Shown here: positions 57,428 through 64,000 of the stretch, one piece after another
Layout of the letters: every line of letters begins with the position of its first letter
Numbering within the stretch: position 1 is the stretch's first letter
DNA from: Bdellovibrionota bacterium FG-1
GTDB lineage: Bacteria > Bdellovibrionota > UBA1018
DNA: 64,000 nucleotides
Assembly (NCBI GenBank): GCA_051382295.1
Contig: JBBCAW010000021.1
Coordinates: 83,085 to 147,084 of the forward strand
Direction: 5' to 3'
Position numbers and translations under genes: made by a program
Notes under the pieces: generated by a model
The model's database searches: none
What the model saw: the letters and a program-made list of their open reading frames with translations, nothing else
Told to the model about the DNA's origin: nothing

Positions 57428-58374
57428 TGCCGAAGTCGGGATGGGGTTTTCAGTCAGGACTGGTGCCGGTTTCGGATTTAGTTCGAAATAAGATTGCATC
57501 GGCCCATCGAAGTGTGTGCCGCGAGTCCGTCGAAATGCGTCGGAATGTGCTCAATTTAAAAGCGCCTCCTCCCGATATCCCATTGGTACAAAGATGCTGA
57601 GTTCGTCGCTTTACAGTCGGCCACATCTGAAGGGCTCTCCGGGAGAATTGAATATATGAATCGAAGAGAAACACTGTGTTTTGGCGTAGTGTCGCTGTTG
57701 CTCTTAAATTTGAGAGCATATGCCGGTCCGGTTACGGTGGAGAAGGCTACTGTTTTCTTGGAAAAGCGAAAACCATGTCTCCTTGCCGTGGGCGATGTGG
57801 CGAAAACAACCGACGGGCTTGCAACTGGGTGTTCTTCAGATTGCCTCCTGGGAGCTATCGTGTGGTGCATTCAGGATGTCACCCTTGGAAAGGGCACGGT
57901 TAACGAGACAAGTGGTTGTTCGTTGGCATCGTACGATCTTGAAACGAATTCGTATGGTCGCGTGGTCGGCCAGTATTTGGTTGCATCCGGCCATAGTTGT
58001 GCTGATGGTGGCTTTGAAAGCCTTCTGAAAATTGGTTTTAGTGGGGGGACGGTGGAGAACTTCCTGACCATTCGGCATGCACCCCTTCACTTCGTACTTT
58101 TTCCTTCTACAGATTCAAAGATTGTTGATTGGTGGAAGAAGCAGGATGACAAAGTCAAATTGGGAATGGAGGAAGGCTCGAAAAGGGCCAAGGCTGCATC
58201 TATGCGTTCCGCAAAAAAAGCAAATGATCAGAAGTTATTAACAAAACGAAATGAAAAATTGGTTCAGGCCGAAAGAGATGCTAACCGAAGATCATGCCCG
58301 ACAGGTATGACTTTTTTTTCTGGCGGCGGATACGGCCCCGAAGGGGAGGTGGGCGCTACAATCGAATATTGCGG

Positions 58375-58495
58375 AAAATCTGGGAAAGATAGCCGGCCAT
58401 TTTATGATGGAAAATATACAATATGGTCGCAGGAATTTGTAAAACTTAGAGAAGGATTTTATACTCAAAATCTGGAGGTCGGTACCTGGAGAAAC
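58375..58495 (+). repeat. 121-bp target-site duplication, copy 1
   Basis: Identical to 60628-60748. Confidence 0.92.
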
Positions 58496-60627
58496 CCTAG
58501 GTTTCTCACTTCGGTGCGTCAAGTTGGCGTAATTATTAATTTCACAAAAAAATATATAGGCCGGAAATCAATCCTGGATGATCGCGCAGGCGGCGCGACG
58601 GATTAATTTAGAATGGCCATTGTCTGCTGGGAAAATACAGAATCTTTGAGTCCGAGCACCTCCAGGGCTTTGATGAGTTTCGGCTGAGTTTGAATCAGCT
58701 TGTTGAGCGTCCGCTTCGGTGTTTTCAAGATGGCGACTGAGGCGGATTTTTCGAGCAGAGAATAAAATTCGTGAAGCGACATGCCAATGGCTGCGAGTTT
58801 GCGGGTAAGAAAAATATTCATGAATTGAGCGACCACAGAGATCCCGATGAGGGCGCGCACATGTTCCGGCAGACGCACGAACAGCGGGCGAACGTTGACG
58901 ATATTTTTCAAATCCCTGAAATTTTGTTCAATCACATATTTGTCTTTATAGTGCCGAGTTACGTCATAGGCGCTTACGATAAAGGAACCGACGGCGGTTT
59001 TTTCGACATGGTCCGTAATGTAAACAAAGATTCCGTCAAGCAATCCCGCTTTATGCCACTCATCCACGTTGATTGCGGGCTGAATGGCGCATGATTGGAC
59101 GGTCGACGCGCCCGATTTCACACTACTTGGGATGATCGTGTAGGTGATCAGGTTTTGCATCTGATAATCTTCGAGGATGTTGTCGATTCGCTTTGCAACA
59201 ACATCGAGATCGCGGTCCCTTTTTGCGGCGCCAAGTTCTGCATTTAGGTCGCTAATTTTTAGAAACGCCGCGATTTGGTCTTGTTCCCTGTTTGCGCGAG
59301 CGGCTTGAAATATTTCGGTACTAAACCCGGCAATGTGGCGATATGCGCCCTGCACCCCTAGTTCTTTATAATACCGATCCCCATCCGCCGTACAGAACCC
59401 ATCGTTCGGAGCGATTTGTCGTCTGGTTTCGCGCTTTTCTGGAGCCGTGAGTTCAGAGAGCCCCTTTGCAGGCTCAATGATCTTGTCTCTTGTAATCTGA
59501 AATTTTTCGACATCAAAAACTTTAGCGATCTGATCCTTGTCGATGCCAGAAATAAAACGGGATAAAAAGCCCTTAATTGTCCTGAAGTTTTTCGCACTCG
59601 CAAAACCGCGATCAAAACAATAGGTGATGTTCGTGATCTTATGGTCTTTGCAAATCCTCTCGGCAAGATCCTCGAACTTTGAGACTTCCTTTTCGCTGCC
59701 GTCACAGACATCCCAAGCGCACGGGTAGCCGGCGCCATCGGTCAGCAACATTATAAGAATCTGGTGCGTCTTAAATCCCGTAGTCTTGTCTTTGCCGGGC
59801 TTGCCGAGTTCGCAATGAGTGCCTTCAAAATAGGTTGTTGTGCCATCGACAAAAAATATTTCGAATTCACTATCATTCTGATTCCGCGCAATTTCGAAAA
59901 GCCGGTTTTCAATTTGATTTTTTCTGTCGGCAATCTCAGAAAGTTCATTGAATATTTTCATGCGGTTGTACTTTTCTGGAACAACCCCCATGAGTTCGGG
60001 AAGAAAAGTACCCTGCCACCACTCTACCGTGCCCGTATTGCTTGATGGTTTGAGAAGTTTTGATAGCGTGAGGATTTCCGCCACCTGCGAAGTCGCCACG
60101 TCTTTGCGGGGGTGCGAGGACGGAGGTAGAAAAGCCCCGGATAAGCCGAGCTGCATCCAGAGATGATGCAAAACGGAGACATCCAGGAAATCCTTCCGGT
60201 CTTCAAAAGTCATGTCATCGATATCGATCACCGAAGCTTTGCCTTCGTTGATGTTTCTTAGTGCATAGCGATAGGACTCAACCTGTGGCTCGGTCAGCTC
60301 GCCGAGATATTTAATAACCTTCTTTTGGTTTTTGCCCTCGACCTTACTGGCCTCGGCCAGGGCGAAATAATTGTACCGTTTACCGTTCTTGGTGAACCCG
60401 CAGTCTTTAAGGTGGATCTTTTTTGCACAGTCTTTCATGTAAGGCCGTCCTTACAAACACAAATACACTATATTATACTTAAAACAAGCCATTTATTAAC
60501 CAATTAAAACAAAAGTTAGGCCGTCCTTGAAAAATAGAAAAAACATGCGAAACCAAAAACATAAACGAACTCAAGTGCTTGCTAGAATTTCAGGGAAGTA
60601 CGACTGGGTGCATTTAAGAAATGTAAG
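58496..60627 (-). mobile_element. IS1634-family insertion sequence (2132 bp)
   Basis: Imperfect terminal IRs CCTAGGTTTCT / CTTACATTTCT (8/11), transposase, long direct repeats. Confidence 0.88.
58603..60438 (-). CDS. IS1634-family DDE transposase
   Basis: FVDGTTTYFEG, GKDK, FDRGF, DGIFVYIT, YVIEQNFRDLK, VRPLFVR..EHVRA. Confidence 0.9.
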   Translation of the reverse strand: MKDCAKKIHLKDCGFTKNGKRYNYFALAEASKVEGKNQKKVIKYLGELTEPQVESYRYALRNINEGKASVIDIDDMTFEDRKDFLDVSVLHHLWMQLGLSGAFLPPSSHPRKDVATSQVAEILTLSKLLKPSSNTGTVEWWQGTFLPELMGVVPEKYNRMKIFNELSEIADRKNQIENRLFEIARNQNDSEFEIFFVDGTTTYFEGTHCELGKPGKDKTTGFKTHQILIMLLTDGAGYPCAWDVCDGSEKEVSKFEDLAERICKDHKITNITYCFDRGFASAKNFRTIKGFLSRFISGIDKDQIAKVFDVEKFQITRDKIIEPAKGLSELTAPEKRETRRQIAPNDGFCTADGDRYYKELGVQGAYRHIAGFSTEIFQAARANREQDQIAAFLKISDLNAELGAAKRDRDLDVVAKRIDNILEDYQMQNLITYTIIPSSVKSGASTVQSCAIQPAINVDEWHKAGLLDGIFVYITDHVEKTAVGSFIVSAYDVTRHYKDKYVIEQNFRDLKNIVNVRPLFVRLPEHVRALIGISVVAQFMNIFLTRKLAAIGMSLHEFYSLLEKSASVAILKTPKRTLNKLIQTQPKLIKALEVLGLKDSVFSQQTMAILN

Positions 60628-60748
60628 AAAATCTGGGAAAGATAGCCGGCCATTTTATGATGGAAAATATACAATATGGTCGCAGGAATTTGTAAAACTT
60701 AGAGAAGGATTTTATACTCAAAATCTGGAGGTCGGTACCTGGAGAAAC
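60628..60748 (+). repeat. 121-bp target-site duplication, copy 2
   Basis: Identical to 58375-58495. Confidence 0.92.
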
Positions 60749-61352
60749 TGGGATAGTAAGGGTCGGCCTAAATGGCTGATTAGGTTTGATCCTGCAGGTT
60801 GGGAAGTTACTGCAGCGGAGAAGCAATCAGACAATTCAACTTGGGTGAGTGCATATGAGCCTAAGGGGGAATGTGAGCAGGGGCAATTTCTTCGGTCATT
60901 GACAGTTCTCGATTCAAGCAAGAAGGTGGTTAAATTTACGGAGATGATGCAATGCAATGTTAATTGTTCAATGAAAAATGACCCTAGGCACGACCAGAGG
61001 GACCAAATGCTTCAATGTCCAAGTGAGGTGATCGAGTTCTACCCCAATGGAAAAAAGAAGAGCACCATCGAATATGAAGTGGCAGCGAATGTACTCATGT
61101 GGAGGCGTCCTTATGGAAAAATTGTTAGAAAGGTGGATTTCGACGAAAACGAAAAGCAAGTTTCTGTACAGCAAGCGGATAGTTCTGGTGCACTTCCGGA
61201 ATGAACCCGGAGCAACATCGTCACCTCGTGACCCTACGTTCAGGTACCCATCTCGCTCGGACCGCTTCAAGATTTTTTTGAGCATCGAAGGCGCCGGTCT
61301 GGATCCAATTAAGCGAAATTCGCTGAATCCCCCGACTCGCTCAATTATAAAC

Positions 61353-61919
61353 TTACGCTATCTTTGCACGCGGTGTTTTTGGTTTATCCAATTCCCACCG
61401 CCCCCTCGAATATGAGTGAATCAGGAGTGGCGAGCCGCTGTCGCCTTGAATCCGTCCTTTAAAGCTAAACCCCAGGCGATCAGCCACGCCTTTACTGCGG
61501 GAGTGATCGGGATCACAGCCAATCACGAAATTATTGGTAAGCGATCGGGAAAAAGCGCGGTCCATGATGTTTTTCACCGCCCATGAAACGAGGCCATGCC
61601 CTTCAAAGCCCCGATCAATCCAGTAAGCGATGTTCGTTGTACCCGGGATATTCGGGAAAGGAGCGAGGGTGGCTACGCCGACAATCTTTGGTCCGAGAAA
61701 GATTCCAACAGCAATTTCGTCACCCGCGTTCACACTTTGGATGTGCGCTTTCGCGTCCTCGACCGTCCTGACGTGGTCATAGGTTTCTCCAAACTCGCCA
61801 AGGCGATCGCGGTTTTGGTCAAGGGCGGCCAGCAGCACGCCTGCATCATTAGTTTCCATGGTGCGAAGAGAAAAGGTTGGGGTTTTGATGACTGAAGTTA
61901 GGCCGGAAGCGAAGCTCAT
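61353..61919 (-). CDS. GNAT acetyltransferase, RimJ/RimL family
   Basis: IAYWIDRGFEGHGL, HSRSKGVADRLGF. Confidence 0.88.
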   Translation of the reverse strand: MSFASGLTSVIKTPTFSLRTMETNDAGVLLAALDQNRDRLGEFGETYDHVRTVEDAKAHIQSVNAGDEIAVGIFLGPKIVGVATLAPFPNIPGTTNIAYWIDRGFEGHGLVSWAVKNIMDRAFSRSLTNNFVIGCDPDHSRSKGVADRLGFSFKGRIQGDSGSPLLIHSYSRGRWELDKPKTPRAKIA

Positions 61920-62018
61920 GGCTTTATTTTACCACGTCCGGAGGGAGGAATCCGGGGCTCCACCATATTTTTCAGGCGGAGACCCCGATAGGTGAGCCTC
62001 CGCCATGAATGCTCGCGG

Positions 62019-62837
62019 TTATGATGACCGGAGCTTCTGAAGGATCGTCTCAAGCGTTGAGATCATCTTCGCCTTTGAATCCTTTGGAGTGCGCGAGGCA
62101 TCCCAATTAAGGCGCAGGGTAAAGCTCTTGCCATCCGGTCGTTCCTTAAAGTAGATGGCACCCTCCGCACCAAATCGGCCGCCGGCTATGGGGCCGGATC
62201 GGGCTCGACCCGCTAGTCCCTCACTATCAGTCACCTCGCCGCTGTTTACCTTATTGAGGGCTTTTTTTGGCTCAGGTTGGTACGCGAGTTCGAAGAGCAT
62301 GGCCCGGGAAAGTTTCCGCGCGGAAACTTCATTGGTCTTAATGAACTCGGCAGCTTTGATGCATTTTGACACGTAAGACTTCGCCTTTCCGAGCGCCTGC
62401 GCCAGTTCAACCTGATTGCCTTTGAAGACGTGAACGAGCTTCGCCACCCCCAGAATTTCGTCCATAGGTGCAAGCGATTCGCGTTGTACGTTCTCAATCA
62501 TGGCTAAGACCGCCGCTCCGTCTTCGTCGACCTCGATGATCCGGCACGGGATCGACGTGAGGCCCGCCTGCTTGGCCGCAGCAAGTCTTCGGTGACCTGC
62601 GATGAGGGTGAGTTGCCCGGCTTGGGTCTTTGTGACCAACACGGATTGTAGGACCCCCCACCGCTCGATGGAATCGATGAGCTCCGAGATGTCACCCGGA
62701 TCTTGCCGAGGGTTTGGGCCGGTACGGATCAGAGCGCAGGGTAAACAGAGGGCTTGGGTGTCTTTTGATGGTTCGTTATCCAAAAGATGTTGGGAGGCCA
62801 CGGGTTGATTTCGCGGCTGAAAGCGTTTGGTGGTCAT
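62019..62837 (-). CDS. parB: ParB family partition protein
   Basis: PNPR, SIERWGVLQ, IAGHRRL, IENVQRESL, HTH; ATGA overlap with parA. Confidence 0.92.
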   Translation of the reverse strand: MTTKRFQPRNQPVASQHLLDNEPSKDTQALCLPCALIRTGPNPRQDPGDISELIDSIERWGVLQSVLVTKTQAGQLTLIAGHRRLAAAKQAGLTSIPCRIIEVDEDGAAVLAMIENVQRESLAPMDEILGVAKLVHVFKGNQVELAQALGKAKSYVSKCIKAAEFIKTNEVSARKLSRAMLFELAYQPEPKKALNKVNSGEVTDSEGLAGRARSGPIAGGRFGAEGAIYFKERPDGKSFTLRLNWDASRTPKDSKAKMISTLETILQKLRSS

Positions 62838-63571
62838 GAGCGGATCCTTTCTAATAGGGTTTGAGCGACGAGGTCGAAGTCTTGATGTCGGCAAGGTTTT
62901 TGAGCGGCCATGTCTTCGGGTATTGCGATTCGGCGACGGCTGGGCGGGGCCAAGACGCGATCGCCGTACTGAGCATTCAATGCGGCCAAGACTTCGCGGT
63001 CTAAGAGATTGCGCTGATCAAATAGGCTCGGGATAATAAGCCAGCGCAGGCGTGGATTCAGGCGCTTCTGAATGAGGGTGATGGTTTGTGCGAACCCAGC
63101 GAGTGCGTCAAACGCTGGTGGGGAGCACATAACGGGACTAACGACCACGTCGGCAGCGACGAGAGCCATCGTGACCAAAAGGCCCTGGCCGGCCGGGCAA
63201 TCGATCAAGACGAGGTCGTGATTAACCGGCTCGAGCGCTTCTGAAAGCGCGTATTGGCGGTCAAGGTCATTGGCCAACGCCACTTCGATCCCGGTTAGCA
63301 TCGGGCTCGCCGGGATGATCGAGAGGTGTTTTCCGTAAACCGGCAAGGCCGGTACCAATGCCTCTGCGGTCGTAATCCGACGGGTGAGAACGTCAAAGGC
63401 GTTGGCTTCGTCGGCGGTGTTGATGATGGCTTGGGTGAGGGTGGCCTGGGGGTCTTGATCCCAGAGGAGGACGCGAGAGTCTTTGGCGAGGTGGCTGCCG
63501 AGGCCCCAAGTCAGGGTTGATTTGGCAGAGCCGCCTTTTCCCGCAGCAATGGCTATGATGGTTGGTTGCAT
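62834..63571 (-). CDS. parA: ParA family ATPase
   Basis: KGGSAKST, DQDPQ, IDCP. Confidence 0.92.
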   Translation of the reverse strand: MQPTIIAIAAGKGGSAKSTLTWGLGSHLAKDSRVLLWDQDPQATLTQAIINTADEANAFDVLTRRITTAEALVPALPVYGKHLSIIPASPMLTGIEVALANDLDRQYALSEALEPVNHDLVLIDCPAGQGLLVTMALVAADVVVSPVMCSPPAFDALAGFAQTITLIQKRLNPRLRWLIIPSLFDQRNLLDREVLAALNAQYGDRVLAPPSRRRIAIPEDMAAQKPCRHQDFDLVAQTLLERIRS

Positions 63572-63702
63572 GGGTCCTTTCGGAGCGCGGTTATTCGCGC
63601 TCTAAAAGGCTTATGACCGAAAGGCCGGGAATTTTGCCTGGGCCAGGGGAGTTGGTGTCACGGTGTTTTTATTGAGTGTGAGAAAACCCTAATTTATTCG
63701 GG

Positions 63703-63858
63703 TCAAATTTCAAAGGTCACAACGACGGGGTTGTGATCGCTTAAATCCAGCATGTCTGCATGTTCCAGAACTTCATGCTTTATGACTTTCTTCGCTAATG
63801 ATTCGCTGGCGAAAATATAGTCGTTCACCCAGGGGTGGTTATTCTCCATACGCCAGGT
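63703..63858 (-). pseudogene. C-terminal remnant of an endonuclease/exonuclease/phosphatase (EEP) gene
   Basis: TW...NDYIFAS...LSDHNPVVVTF*; in-frame stop immediately upstream. Confidence 0.6.
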
Positions 63859-63905
63859 TCACATTGTCGCCATTAGGGTCCGCCATGAGTGGCGATGCAC
63901 CCCTT

Positions 63906-64000
63906 TCAGATCCTGAGTTCAAAAATCTTCGCTACCCGGTGCAGCGCCGGATCGTCGGGAGTGATCATCATAGTGGCCTCGACCTCAATAATAAAATCAG
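63906..64000 (-). CDS. 3' end of an ORF running off the window
   Basis: Open frame DFIIEVEATMMITPDDPALHRVAKIFELRI*. Confidence 0.3.
   Translation of the reverse strand, partial: DFIIEVEATMMITPDDPALHRVAKIFELRI

Larger units (their letters stand above)
57656..61204 (+). pseudogene. Secreted MORN/YwqK-repeat-like gene interrupted by IS1634
   Basis: Joining 57656-58495 to 60749-61204 restores a 431-aa frame (DGKYTIW...EVGTWRNWDSKG, EFYPNGKKKS). Confidence 0.8.
37251..64000 (-). mobile_element. Large integrative element (>26 kb, right end outside the window)
   Basis: Integrase/Xis beside the tRNA, replication operon, ImmA/XRE, resolvase, DUF2958, ParAB; almost all genes co-oriented. Confidence 0.8.

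Noticed and set aside
1..64000. CRISPR array, rRNA, retron/DGR reverse transcriptase
   Set aside because: No regularly spaced repeats, rRNA-like sequence, cas genes or RT motifs were seen
37321..64000. Classical prophage or conjugative ICE
   Set aside because: No structural, lysis, relaxase or T4SS genes within the window; cannot be excluded beyond 64000

Overview
Bacterial chromosome segment. The gene set (many secreted proteins and lipoproteins, a SMUG1-type UDG, sigma54 promoters) suggests Bdellovibrionota or a related deltaproteobacterial lineage, but this is inference only. 1-29.5 kb is mostly core-like: USP, BON-SRPBCC, acnA, DEAD-box helicase, ABC-F, proteases, tRNA-Lys(CTT), D-Ala-D-Ala dipeptidase, ilvA, CapA-type and AmpC-type hydrolases. 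It also holds an IS200 next to an acyltransferase plus paired HTH-V4R regulators. 29.6-37.2 kb is an integrase-less 7.6-kb islet bounded by a displaced 3' half of tRNA-Leu and an intact tRNA-Leu(TAG). The islet carries BrnTA and a candidate peptide-signalling/RiPP cassette: an unannotated 56-aa secreted peptide, an orphan SBP, a YcaO-like enzyme and a divergent hybrid kinase. From 37.3 kb to the window end lies a large integrative element on the 5' side of the same tRNA: integrase/Xis, an SSB-helicase-family A polymerase operon with no visible primase, an ImmA/ImmR-like switch, a resolvase, ParAB, an LPP20/CsgG-like cargo operon and an IS1634 with a 121-bp target duplication. A multi-hairpin RNA with three AGGA loops lies upstream of acnA. 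All product calls come from motif recognition by eye; no database searches were run.
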